The position numbers and the translations under genes were made by a program. 64,000 bases of DNA from Octopus sinensis (Eukaryota): NCBI RefSeq assembly GCF_006345805.1, contig NC_043014.1, positions 31,062,001-31,126,000 of the forward strand, given 5' to 3'. Of the stretch, positions 51,078-63,519 are shown piece after piece (positions within the stretch are counted from its first letter, which is position 1; every line of letters starts with the position of its first letter). Under the pieces are notes generated by a model. It was not told the origin of the DNA. It worked only from the letters and a program-made list of their open reading frames with translations, and did not search any database.

Positions 51078-52136
51078 AACAAGATCATTGAGAGCATGCA
51101 AACATCCGCCAAGGCAACACCAACATCCTCTTAACGATTAGCCGGAGAGGATTTTTAAAATGAGAATATCTGAAATAAGCTTGACTGCTCTCACAAACGA
51201 GAATACTAAAAATGAACCCAACTACTCTCAAAAATTAAGTAAAAAAAAAAAATGAAAAATAATCCAGACTCCTTGTCTGGTACCTGACCGATCCTAATGG
51301 TAGTCATGGAATGTGAAAGTAGGTGTGTGGGCTGTGTTCATAATGCTTTGTGTGTGTTGTCTGCAGTGGGAACAGGGACAATTTTCTCTATGATGGCCTT
51401 TTTTAGTCTATCCACTGATATGGTGTGTTTGCGACCATTAAGGTCTGTAGTGAAAAATTTATGCATGTATGAAAGAAAATGGAAAGGACCTGCATACAGT
51501 GCTGTTAATGGAGGTTTAACAACATTGTTGTGCACAAAAATGTAACTCTAAGAAGTAAAGCTTCCTTCAAGACGGAGCTAGAAATGCAATTGTCAAGTAG
51601 GTAAGAGGTTTTAAACAGGAGCAATATATTCAAAATTGGTAAAACTAAAAATTGTCGAGGATAAATTAAATCTATTATTTTTACTGAATATGATAGTGTT
51701 ATTTAATTTCTGAATGGTTTCGCTGCCGTTTGTTTATGTAGTTTGATTTCTTTATCCACCAGTTTCTACTAAGGTAGAGACACAAGTAAAATTAATAATA
51801 TAGAAACGAAAATAAAACTTTGGAAACAGCTACGCCGCCATAACTTTCATGGAAACCATGAGCGTGTTTTCAAGAGGGATTATCAGAGAAAGACTTGAAA
51901 GTCAATGTAAGATCGTAATACTTCATGTAAAGTAAAGTAAATGTAACAATCCAGAATCCTTGTCTAGTACTGGATCGATCCCAAAATCTAATCAGTTCAT
52001 GCCACTCACGAGGCCAAACATCCCTGAAAGTTTCATCCAAATCCATCCAGCAGTACTTGAGATATCTTGTCCATGAACAAACAAAAATACAAACACAACT
52101 GAAAACAATACCTCTGCCTTCGCTAAGGCAGAGGTG
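51078..52136. mobile_element. Helentron/DINE-1-like non-autonomous element (composite)
   Basis: Left end AACAAG...GCAAACATCCGCCAAGGC; core CCCTGAAAGTTTCATCCAAATCCATCCAGCAG; terminal perfect 11-bp hairpin ACCTCTGCCTT-CGCT-AAGGCAGAGGT (52110-52135) abutting (TAA)n. Confidence 0.55.
51300..51545 (-). mobile_element. Ty3/Gypsy integrase C-terminal (GPY/F) fragment
   Basis: KPPLTALYAGPFHFLSYMHKFFTTDLNGRKHTISVDRLKKA matches the L...Y.GP(Y/F).V......F.L..NG....VS.DRLKPA pattern. Confidence 0.85.
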
Positions 52137-52159
52137 ATAATAATAATAATATTAATAAT

Positions 52160-52360
52160 GGTTTCAACTTTTTTCACAAGGGCTGCAGTTTTGGTGGAGG
52201 GTATGAGTCAATTACATTGATGCCAGTGGTACTTAATATATTGACTCTGAAAGGCTGAAAGCCAAAATCGATCTCAGCAGAATTTGAACTTAGAATGTAA
52301 AGACAAACGGAATGTCATGAAGCATTTTGCTCGGCATGCTAACAATTCTGTTAGCTTGCC
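52160..52360 (-). mobile_element. Family-A SINE
   Basis: Motif identity with other A copies. Confidence 0.75.
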
Positions 52361-52879
52361 TCCTTATTGATAATAACAATAATTTCTAACAAAATCAGTA
52401 GACCACACATTATGAAGAACATAATTCAATATATCAATCCCAATACTTGACTGGTACTTTTAATCAGTAGAAGAGAGATAAAAAACAAAGCTAACGTTGA
52501 TGGAATTTGAATTCAGGATGTAACTAAATGTCATGAGGCATTTTTTTCTGATGCTCTGCCAATTCAGCTATAGCTGTACTCATAGTGATATTAATAATTT
52601 CTAAACATTGTCACAAGATCACAACTTTTTTAAGAGAGGAGTACAGCAACTATCAGCAAATTACTGATATTTGTTTTATTAATTCTAGATTTAATAGTTT
52701 CCAACTTTGGTACATGGCTACAAATTTGTATGGAGAGTTGTGATATTCATATCTTTCCCAAGAATTTGTTACTATTAATATAAATGAAACAGTTCTGCTT
52801 GGAGGCTGAAAGTAGGTTGCGATGGTTATATGTGTTTGTTGTGATATTGTCAGGGCAAAAATATTATCAATGGGTGGTT

Positions 52880-53350
52880 CTTCTCAATGCTGTCAATATT
52901 AGGACTTCAGTCTGTGCAGTGATTCCTTTCAATAGTATGATCTTAGTCAATACCATGAACCTTCTCCTGCTACTAATATGACATTGGCCAGTGCAGTGGT
53001 GACCAATAGTATATTCTTGTTCAATATTGTTACTCTGTTCAGTGCTGTAACACTCGTCATTGGTATGGCATTGGTCAATGCTGTGATTGTGTTGATACTA
53101 AAGCAATCATTAGTGTTGTGACCTCCTTCAATAGTAAAATATTGATTAGTCTTGTGATCTTCTCAATAATATGCCTTTGTTCAATGGTGTGACCTTGTAA
53201 TTAGTACACTGTTAGTACTGTGGACATGTCAAGAATATGACATTGGTCAAACTGTAACACCTGTCAGTAGCTTATACTGGTCATTTGCGTGATCCTGTCA
53301 ATAGTATGCATTTGTTTAGTGTTTTAACTTTGTCATTGATATGGTGTTGG
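52880..53350. repeat. Highly degenerate 18-bp tandem repeat
   Basis: Consecutive units TCAATATTGTTACTCTGT / TCAGTGCTGTAACACTCG / TCATTGGTATGGCATTGG / TCAATGCTGTGATTGTGT at 53021-53092; the periodicity persists on both sides. Confidence 0.7.
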
Positions 53351-54529
53351 TGAATCCCTTCTGTTACTTTGTCAGCTAAGGATAAACATCATAAAGACTG
53401 ATGCTTATCTCCAGTTTCATGGCATTGTACAGATGAGAGATAAATGCATTTAAAATCAAGTCTATGGCCCAGATGCAAAATGGAATGCTTGCAGTAGATT
53501 TGAATTGAATATCATTGTGCTTTTAGTACATTACCTTATCCACTTGGTCATTTCATTCATTTGAAGTGATGGTGTTATAACTTGTTTTATTTTTTGAATT
53601 TATTAATTGATAATGGTGGAGGAGAAAGGACAGTGTATTTGACCTCTATTGACTCTCTTAGACAGGTGACAATGATGTTATTGGTATTGACATTTAGTGG
53701 GTCTCTCAGTTTGGTGACAATGATGTGGCTTCATTAACTGTAGGGGAAACATGGACAAGAGTAAATTTCAGAAGAATATAGTTCTGAAATGGAAGATTGG
53801 AATTATGCAGCACAGTAATAATATTGAGAGAAGCTGGGGCAGGTTTGCGAGGAAGGCCACAGTGGAAGTATTATGTAGATTGCAGGTTCAAAAGAGCAGA
53901 GGCTAGTGTAGCATCAGTCCTAGTAAGAATAATAGGAAGCGACCACAGGCTGTGTATCGCCTCTTGCTGTGTGAATCACTGTCAAGCAACCAAATGTCCT
54001 TTTTTCGTAGATGTACTGTAGGATGTTTGTGTATGTGTAGCATCAGTAATGCCATCCTGGATACATAACCAGGATTCTGATATTATTGTTTGCACATGAG
54101 TGTTGTAAAGTTGGCAGCTGGTCACATATGAAATATTTCCTGGAGTTCGTTAGTTGCTTTGTGTGCATTAATTATATATTAAGTGTATTGATATTGTTAA
54201 TGTGCTTAACATACTGAGGGCATTGACCTTGTTGATGCAGCAATGCAGTGATCTTGATGGTGCAACAATGCAGTGATTTTAGTTGATATTGAGATTTTGG
54301 TTGGTGCAATGACCTTGTCTTTTCAGTAACTTAGTATTTCTGATAAGCTATGATTCTTTTTTTTATACCATACTCTGATTGACCCCCTGTTCAATGTTCC
54401 CCTTCTATGTCCTACAAAATGTAAAAGTGCAACAACCTCAAGAGTAGTAATAACAACAATACAATAACACCACCACTAACATCAACAATAGTGCTAGTAA
54501 CAATAATAACAGTATTCATGATAATTCTT

Positions 54530-54740
54530 TCTGAATTTGACACAAGGCCAGTAATTTTAAGAGGAGGAGTTAGTTGGTTGCATTGACCCTTGGGTTCATC
54601 TTGTACTTACTTTATCAACCCTAAAAGGATGAAAGTCAAAGTCAACCTCAGTGGAATTTGAACCCAGAATGTAAAAACGGATGAAATGCCATTGAGTATT
54701 TTGTCCAGTGTGCTAATGATTCTGCCAGCTCACCTCCTTT
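54530..54740 (-). mobile_element. Family-A SINE
   Basis: GGATGAAAGTCAAAGTCAACCTCAGTGGAATTTGAACCCAGAA...GATTCTGCCAGCTCACC. Confidence 0.82.
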
Positions 54741-55859
54741 CAATAAGCTTAGTAATAACACCACAACTAAAATAATAGCACCAATAACAACACTGACACC
54801 ACTAATAACAACAAACCACAAATAACAATAACATAAGCCAATGAAGGTGCCTCTGCTAAAAATAGCATTCAAATTTGTCTCAAATCATACTCTACTCTCT
54901 TAGAAAAGAGACATATTATGTAATATGCTTCTGTGTTTCCTGTACATAAGAGTTGATGGTCATGGCTGGAATTTCTTTACAACAATACCAGTAATGTCTA
55001 TAAAAACATTAATTACAATTATGCAATAGCATCAATGCTAATAATAATAATAATAATAACACCAGGTAGCTAGTTAGGGATCCTCTATAAAATCACTTAA
55101 TCTGCTAAAAATAGCAACCAAATTCCCCCCTCTCAACAAAACCCACATTCTATTATCTTAAAAGATGAAGGGCATGTTGGATAATGTAGCCCTGGATGCA
55201 TACCGAAAAGAGATATTCATAGACATAGGTGGAACATCTTTGATTATAGATAAAGCTTCTCAATGAAATCTGACCTGGGGCTAAACATTTGAAGAACAGC
55301 AATATATGACCACAGCAACAAATTGAAGAAACTACTTTATTATTAAATGTCAACTACAACAACAATATTTGACAGCTGCAGAGCGCATAATTGGAAATGC
55401 TGCAAAGAAGTGCAAAAAGGACACAATAGAAATAATAAAAAAAACTGCAATTAGGTGCAATATTGGCAACATCAGCAATACAGATTGTTGAATGCTGTTG
55501 TTTTTTTTTTAGATATTGCAAGACAAGCCAGGAACTTCTTCCAAGAACAACACCAAAATTTGTGCAACAGGAACAATTGCCAGGATATTGACGACCTCCC
55601 TCTTCATAGTGATGGCACCTCTTTTGTCTAATTGTATTTTGTTTTCTTATATGTATCTTTTTATCAGTGTATTGGCTTTTATGTCTGCCTGTAAGCCTGC
55701 CTGAGATTACCTCTCAGTCTGCTTGCCTGTCTGACAGCCTGTTTACCCATCTGCTAGCTAGTTTCCCTGTCTAACAACTAGTTCACCTACCTCACATTTA
55801 GTTTACCCATCTGACTAGCTTATTTCCCCATCTGTTAGAATCTTTTATCTTTTATCAAT

Positions 55860-56240
55860 AACTTGTTTCAGTCATTAGACTACAACCAATCTGGGGCACT
55901 GTCTTGAAGAATTTTAATCAAATGAATTGACCCCAGTATTATCTTTTAAGCCTTGTACTTATTTTATCAGCCTCTTTTGCTGAACTTCTAAGTTACAGGG
56001 ATGTAATCACACCAAAACCAGTTGTCAAGTAGTGGCGGGGGACAGTTGTCAAGTAGTGACAGACACAAACTCACACACATGATGGGCTTTTTTATTTATT
56101 TTATATCTACCGAATCCACTCACAAAGCTTTGGTCGGACCGAGGCTATATAAGAAGACACCTGCCCAAGGTGCCACGCAGTGGGTATGAACCCAGAACCA
56201 TGTGGTTTGGAAGCAAACTTTTTACCACACAGCCACTCCT
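55860..56240 (-). mobile_element. Family-B SINE with an internal 16-bp duplication
   Basis: Colinear with other B copies; CAGTTGTCAAGTAGTG occurs at 56019 and 56043. Confidence 0.82.
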
Positions 56241-56959
56241 GTGCCCATAGATTTTCTTCTTTCTGTCTTACATGTCAGATCTTACAATCTCTGATCACCT
56301 TTCATGGCAACCTCACATAATGTAAATGGTTCCCCTGTTCATTTCAAGAATGAGTATTCCAGCTGTTCAGTCAATTGAACATCCCACTCAGAGTAAAGTG
56401 CAAATGTCTGAATATCCTATAGATATGTGTGTCCTTTACATAATTCTTAGACAGAATCAGTATGATACAATGGCTGACAACTGTGTAATACTGATTTAGC
56501 TTAAGGATTTCATTCAAGGTAGAAATATCTGTGGAACTGGCAGCCATTTACATTATAATTTAAATGAGTGTGCAGTTTTCCATTGATCAAATGAATAGAA
56601 TATTCACCCAGTAATGGTACAAGATCAAGGAAAGATGAGTGAAGGATAGAGAATATTAAAGAATATTAAATATAGAGAATATAAATATGGTATTATTTTT
56701 AATTCTATAGTTGCTGTTGTTTCATTACATGGGAAATATGTTTTATGAATATAAATAATAATAATATCAATATAAGGAATTCATAATATAATAATATATA
56801 CTTGACTTGGAATTTTAACTGGTATGTATGGTTTTCATACTCAGTTTGTCCCTCAAGCCTTCCCCATCTTCTCATCTCCCTATAATTCATTCCTTCAACT
56901 GCATTATTCTGCTTTTGAAATTGAGTGAGTGCAGTAATACATATTTCATTCTGTTTCTG

Positions 56960-57810
56960 TGCTGCCAGAACTACATTGTATTGACACTCATTCTTATCAC
57001 CATCTAGTATTTACCATCAACCACTATTCACTATATTTATCACACCAACATGCCTCTGACCACTTTCACCCTTGCCAACTAAACATATTGCATTTTCTTT
57101 CCTCTCCCACACAATCTTACAACCTCTACACACCTGCTCCCATCCCTCATCTTCCTCTCTCATATTCTTACTCTACAATAATGTTATTGTTCTGCTGCTC
57201 TTCACTTTGCTGCACTGCCATTCACCACCTTCTCACCCTTGATGCACTTTTATATCTCATCACCTTTCCCTTAACTTGCCTACATTCATATTAGCTATGC
57301 ACAACATTCACCTCTCTCCTCACCTGCCAAATTTGTAACTGTCTCTGTCTCTCCTTCACACTCCTGTGAACTTCACTACCCACCTTCCTTGATCTTCTAT
57401 CCCTTCTCTCTCTTTTTCACATTCTTGTACCATAAGAGTATGCTGTGACACCTCATCACTGTCATCTTTATCTGTTTACCTAAATTCACCCCAATTACTA
57501 CCACTCATGCATATTAGCATGAGTGGTCTCTCCTCTCTAGCAAGATACTGCTCCTGTCCTTCTCCTGTATCATAATCTGTCAATGCTTAGCATAAAACCA
57601 CCCTTGTCTCTACTATACTCAGTCAAAAGGGCTTGGTTCCACAATAAACACCCAATACACTCTGCAAAGTGGTTGTTGTTAAGAAGGGAGGGCATCTAGC
57701 TATAGAAACCATACTAAAGCAAACATTGAAGTTCAATACAGCCCTCCAATTAGATATTGTCAAACCATCCAGTCTATGCCAATATAGAAGACAGATTTCA
57801 AATGATAATG
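56960..57810. mobile_element. Degenerate RTE-derived segment ending in a plus-strand tail
   Basis: Tail GAAGGGAGGGCATCTAGCTATAGAAACC...GTCAAACCATCCAG...TGATAATGAT; weak APE-like peptides (NVGKL, WQG..SGQRHVGVI) on the minus strand upstream. Confidence 0.5.
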
Positions 57811-57904
57811 ATATTTATATGTATATACCATCTCACCTTGTGAGTGTACCCTGACACTTATCGCCATCCCTCTTCTGCCCTTGCTGTCTCCTACTCTCTC
57901 TCTC

Positions 57905-58240
57905 TTTACATTGCTCTTCTCTCTGGCTGAGTAATCATGTATATCCTCTACAACAACAAACCTGTTTCTGCCCTCATTCTTGATCACTCTCTCTCCTTCC
58001 GTCTCTTGCTCTTACCTCTGGCTAGGTAACCATGTATCTCCTTTACAGCAGCACACTTTTTTCTTGTTAACACCTCTTCTCTCTCTAGGTAACCATGTCC
58101 CTCCTCTTCAACAGCACACCTGTTTCTGCTCTCATTCTTGTTAACTCGTACTCTCTTTCTTTTCCTCTCTCTCTCCCTTTCTCTCTCTGGCTTCATAACC
58201 ATGGGCCTCCTCTGCAGCAAGACATCTGTTTCTGTCTTGC
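57905..58240. repeat. Four dispersed-tandem copies of a ~60-bp unit separated by CT-rich linkers
   Basis: CTCTGGCT(A)GGTAACCATGT..CTCCTCTACAGCAGCACACCTGTTTCTGC.CTCATTCTTG at ~57921, 58016, 58083 and 58185. Confidence 0.75.
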
Positions 58241-58319
58241 TGTCATACTCTTACCTTCATCATGTGATACAAGATCACCACCTCCAATGCCCCTTCCCCT
58301 CTCAAAGATTCCTTGTCTT

Positions 58320-58625
58320 GCAAAGTTACCTGCCAGTGCAGGTGCCCCTTAAAAAGCACCCAGTCTACACAGTAAAGTGGCTGGCATTTGGAAGCATATG
58401 CAGCTGTGAAAACCATGCCAAAACTGATCTCACCACTGTGAGTAACATGTAAAAAGTACTCAGCCCACTTTACAAAGTGGTTGGTGCTAGGAAGGGCATC
58501 CAGCCATTAAAAACCATACCAAAACAGACATATAAGCATGGCACAGGCTTCTGCCTGGCCAGCTCCTGTCAAACCATCCAAGCCTTGCCAGCATGGAAGG
58601 AGGACGTTAAACTATGATGCTGATG

Positions 58626-58630
<5 letters not shown>
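58320..58630 (+). mobile_element. RTE-type LINE 3' tail with duplicated module
   Basis: TAAAAAGCACCCAGTC...AAGTGG occurs twice, then GGAAGGGCATCCAGCC...GCCAGCATGGAAGGAGGACGTTAAACTATGATGCTGATG. Confidence 0.8.
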
Positions 58631-58687
<57 letters not shown>

Positions 58688-60094
58688 CATACATACATAC
58701 ATACATACATACTCACTCATCAATATGTGCACCCATTCATCATTCATCTGTGATTCATGTTTATTTATATGGATAAATAATATATATATATATATTTATA
58801 TATATATATAAACACACACCCATACATGTATAGTTGTGGGTATACATGTATGTGTGTCTCCACATGTACATACATTTACAATGATACTTACACTTATTCA
58901 TTGTACTGTTGGTTTGTATTCAGCAAAAACAAAAATAAATTGTGCTCTGTACTGAGAATAGCAGATGTTAGTTATAGGGAGATTTAAATTACCATGTCTA
59001 GACACTGCAACAAGTTGTTCTTTACACAAGATGTTTTATATAATTTATACACCCTAATGCTATGGTATTTGCTTCATTTATTGTTTTGTCTCTTTCTTCT
59101 TTTCTTTTTTTTTTTATCATTTTAATGCAGCAAACTCACAGAACTAACTGCTTTGGGAGGTGAGGTTTAAGGCAATGAACAACTGACTGCAAGATTATTA
59201 ATTCAAACAGTCCTACAGCTATTGTATTTTACCTCCACTCCCAAATAACAAGTACAGTACATTTTTATAGTACTTGGTCCCTGTGTTTGAGATTTGGGTT
59301 TAAGGTGAGAAATTACTAATCATGAATTAATCACTTCAATCTGTGCTTAAGACATTGTTTTGGGGAGGCTTTTTGTTTTTTTATTATTATTACTGCCACT
59401 TCAATACAAAATAGAGCACATTTATACTATTGTACCTTAGCCATTTGTCCTGCTATGTAAGAGTTGAATCTATTAAACACAACTAGAAGATTAATCGTGA
59501 GTGGGTAGGCAAACCTTCACTTGCCAACAAGAGAACCTCTACATGTCTGCTTGATCTGCTAGAAGAAAGTGTCGATTTTCCCCTTAAATAATACAATGCT
59601 ACTATCTTTAAAAAAAAAAGGCGAGGTACATTGGATGGTATTGTGTAGTTCTGAAAACACTATAAATATAATGATGTCATTATGGCTGAACTGACTTGAA
59701 GCTAAACAATAACATCTACTTCAATTAACTCACTGTTACGACGGATATGCAATGTGTCCTCTCAGTTTCCTCGATTACTTCTGCAATACTCTCTGCTACT
59801 TTACATTTTCCAAATGTTTACCCCCAGCCGGATTAGAAGAATCTTCTCCAACACAACATCTTGCAATTTGTTGCAGTCATTTGTCATCACCATTGTTAAT
59901 ATTCAGCTTCCTGTGACCATCATTCACCACTTCTTCCTATGCCTCCATTGGTCAGTTTCAACACAGTGACTCTCCAATTTTCGTATTTTTTCATCATTTC
60001 CTTTGTATGTTTCAGCTCTTGTTACTTCCTCTAACATCTTCAGTCTTCACCTTCTGCAGACTCGTTCTACTTGTATCGGTAATAACCCTTTCTT

Positions 60095-60600
60095 CTATAG
60101 ACCTGAAATTTTAGGGGAGGGGTCTAGTTCATTATGTCAACCCCAGACCTCAACTGGTTCACATTTTATCTACCCTGAATGAATGAAGGGTAAAGTTGAT
60201 CCCAGTGAAATTTGAACTCAGAACATAAAGCTAGGAGAAATGTCACTTTGGCATTTTATCTACTGTACTAATGATCTGCCTTCTCATTGCATCATTAATA
60301 ATAATAATTATTTCTAAAATAACCATGAAGCCATACATCTTGTTGGGAGAGATTCCAGTATGTAACTGGCACTTATTTCATTGATTCCCATAAGAATGAA
60401 AGATAAAGATGATCCCAGCAGAAATTTAATGCAGAACTTTAAATAAATATCACTGTGCATTTTGTCTGCCTTGCTACTGAATCTACCAATACAACACCCT
60501 GTTCTTCCAGGTTCATCAAAATAAAGTACCAGTCATGTACTGAGGATGGTATAATTGACTTAAACCTTCCCCCAAATTTGAGGCCTTGTGCCTCTGTGAG
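60095..60600. mobile_element. Family-A SINEs (~60095-60290, ~60350-60440 and ~60440-60600; all appear degenerate, mixed orientation)
   Basis: GAATGAAGGGTAAAGTTGATCCCAGTGAAATTTGAACTCAGAAC and CATCAAAATAAAGTACCAG...CCCCAAATTTGAGGCCTTGTGCC. Confidence 0.65.
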
Positions 60601-61239
60601 GAAGCAATAGTAATAACAACAAAACAAAGCCCACTACAAAGTAAAATGTAACATATAAACACCATCCTATACTCTCTCCCACAAAAAAACAACAAAAATA
60701 TGATGCGTGTTAAGAACCAAGTATTCTAGTTGAAGTGTTTGTGAACCAGTAGAAATACATATGCTATCTTTTCCTCCTCACCAACATGAACTAGTCCATG
60801 TCTAATGTGATTGAACTAGTTTATGTGCAATCAATGGATAGTTATCTGCAGACTTATTAAAATGAACATATAAATTTTTTTTTGTTTCTTTTCCTTTGTG
60901 TTTATCTTCAAAATACAGGTATTTCCCCATTGATTGTGTCTTATTCTCACTACTCTCTAGTGAAATTATTCTCTTAGTACCAACTACAGCCAAGATATCA
61001 AGTGGAATTACTTATTTCATTTTGTCTGTCTATCTAGTATCTGCAAGATTGCAAACTGCACACCTCAGAAGTACAGAAGCACATCGGGTAATTCAGGAGA
61101 AGCTTGCTTGAAACTACTGGAAATATTATTATTAAGGTGGTAAGCTTGTAGAATCATTAGTACACTGAACAAAATACTTAGTGGCATTTCTTTTGGTTTT
61201 AAAATCTGAGTTTAAATTCTGCTGATCTTTGATTCTTCT

Positions 61240-61621
61240 TGGAGATCAGAAGTTTCCTTGCTGCTGCCTGAGCAAGCAACTCAGAACCTCATAATTTCCA
61301 AGAAACTGTTTTGTGCAATACGTTGACATCGGAAGTGGAGCTAAACTTGCAGGATATCTTAGCAGCACACTTAAACCTATCCTTCTGTGATATTCTAACC
61401 ATAATATGATCCTTTCTTGTTGAAGTTTTATGAGGTCTGCCGGTTTTGGGTCTAGCATCTGTCAATCTTGATGACCTAGGATGAGCAACAATTTGTTACA
61501 CAACACTTCTAGACCTTCCTACAGTGGTAGCTATCACAGAATTTGACTTGCCCTCTTGGTGAAGGCATACAATCCTTTGTTTTTCATCACAGGATACCTG
61601 TTGTCTTTCACAAGTCACCAT
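61240..61621 (-). mobile_element. Tc1-like transposase N-terminal (paired-like HTH) remnant
   Basis: MVTCERQQVSCDEKQRIVCLHQEGKSNSVIATTVGRSRSVV*QIV...RPKTGRPHKTSTRKDHIMVRISQKDRF...AARKLLI; contains the GRPRKT..R.D motif and internal stops. Confidence 0.8.
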
Positions 61622-61876
61622 GTTGACAGTTGAATGTTCCAATCATGTAAGATCATAAGAAGTAGCTGTTAGGCCATTTATATAATCTTCTAAACAACAA
61701 ATACCTTGGTTAGTAGTTCAGTTTTTCTAAGTGACCATTAACTTTTGGCTGCTGCAATTTGGAAGATTGTTTATTTCCTCACAACTTACAAAATATTTAT
61801 TTCATTCACTTGAAATTTTCTCAAAAGATAGATATTAGATATATCTAAATATGTGTAAAATATCTAGTCTCTTTGT

Positions 61877-62190
61877 GAAGGCACATGGCTCATTGGTTAG
61901 AGTGTCAAGCTTACGATCGGGAGGTTGTGAGTTCAATTCCCGGACTGGATTGTGTGTTGTGTTCTTGAGCAAGACACTTTATTTCACGTTGCTCCAGTTA
62001 ACTCAGCTGTAGAAATGAGTTGCGACACCACTGGTGTCAAACTGTACAGCCTTTGCCTTACCCTTGGATAGCATCAGTGATGTGGAGAGGGGAGGCTGGT
62101 ATGCCTTTCATAAACAACCTAACTTGGACTTGTGTCTCAGAAGGGAACCTTGTAGGTGCAATTCCATGGTTATTCATGTCTGAAGGGGGT
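61877..62190 (+). mobile_element. Family-C tRNA-derived SINE with clear Pol III boxes
   Basis: A-box TGGCTCATTGG (61886-61896), B-box GTTCAATTCC (61931-61940), then TTCTTGAGCAAGACACTT; no CCA or acceptor-stem closure. Confidence 0.85.
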
Positions 62191-62479
62191 TTCCTATACA
62201 TGTTGTTAACCTTCTATCATAACTATTTCAACACACTTGTTCTTACTAACACTTATATCATGGCCGCTACTGTATATATATGGCGTCAGGCGAAGCAAAA
62301 CCTTTTAAATGGATCTTGTATACAAAAACTGTAAGCCCATTTGTGTGTGCATAGTTATTTATGTCTCTGAAACTTTGTAGTTCAGCAAAAGAAACCAGTA
62401 GAATACACACACTCACACACACACACACATACTCACACGTGCACACGTACACACACACAGCTAAATCTTTGTCCATTCA

Positions 62480-62910
62480 CAGGATCCTTAAGCTTCCAGA
62501 CCCTTCTTCTCCATACTGGTCGTCTTCTGGGCTTCCATTTAGCCCTGATCCTGAAGTTGCTAACTACTAATCTATGTTGAGGGGTGCATTCTTCATCTGG
62601 GAAGGTTTTGGCATTTATAAGTAGCCATCTTTCCTGTTTCCTGGTGAGGTTGTATTCAATTTGACTAGTGTGTCCACCAGATTGGTAGATGAACAGGTGA
62701 CTGGCAGGTTTCCTGAAGTTAGTATTTCAAACCATAAGATCATTTGCATCGCAGAAATTCAGCAGTCTGGTTACCTCTTTATTATGAGAACCAAAACCAT
62801 AGCTTCCATGTATGCCATGGAAGACCCCTGCATGTTGTCCAACATGCCCATTGAAGTCGCCAGCCACAAAGAGAAGGTCCGTCATTCATCAATAAGGTAG
62901 TCTGCAAGAG
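62480..62910 (-). mobile_element. RTE-clade LINE endonuclease fragment
   Basis: LLFVAGDFNGHVGQHAGVFHGIHGSYGFGSHNKEVTRLLNFCDANDLMV*NTNFRKPASHLFIYQSGGHTSQIEYNLTRKQ...ECTPQHRLVV. Confidence 0.9.
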
Positions 62911-63084
62911 GGTATCATAAAATGATACATTTGCCAGAGTTATCTGAATGGTAAAGGATTAACAAAAGTAGCACTATATGATTATTGTGATGAATTGATC
63001 ATGTTTATCATGGTTGTAATTATCGTTTCACATTAGCATAACTTAGGCATTTTGATGGTGGTGGTGGTGATAGTGGCCGCGGCT

Positions 63085-63230
63085 GTGAGTTCCAATTCTG
63101 CTGAGATTGACATTGCCTTTCATCCTTTCAGGGCTGATAAGATTAATACGAGCTGAGCTCTGGGAGTCGATGTAATTGCCCCCCCCCCCTACCTCCGAAA
63201 TTGTTAACCTTGTGCTAAAATTTGAAACCG
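63085..63230 (+). mobile_element. Family-A SINE (headless)
   Basis: GAGTTCCAATTCTGCTGAGATTGACATTGCCTTTCATCCTTTC...TGCTAAAATTTGAAACC. Confidence 0.75.
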
Positions 63231-63519
63231 ATATAATTTTGTAGTTTGTTGGAATTTATGTGCTATATTTTATACTAGTTTGCATGCCTTAAGAAACAAA
63301 CAAACAAACAAACAAAGAACGTTTTTCTTTTATAAACCGTAGATTTGTTTTCTTAGAAACTCTCTTTAATTTTATACTTAAAAGAAGAAAAAAAAGAAGC
63401 ATAGAAATATTTTAAAAGCCCAACTGACAAAGTTCTATGTGATTTGTACAACTTTGCAGTAGGTATTTGTTATATATATATTTATAATCATCTTCATTAT
63501 TTAACATCTGTTTTCTATA

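Noticed and set aside
53764-53790. 9-bp hairpin ATTTCAGAA/TTCTGAAAT
   Set aside because: An AT-rich stem of this length is expected by chance in 64 kb.
61877-61950. tRNA gene
   Set aside because: A and B boxes are present, but there is no closed cloverleaf and it continues into a multi-copy SINE body.
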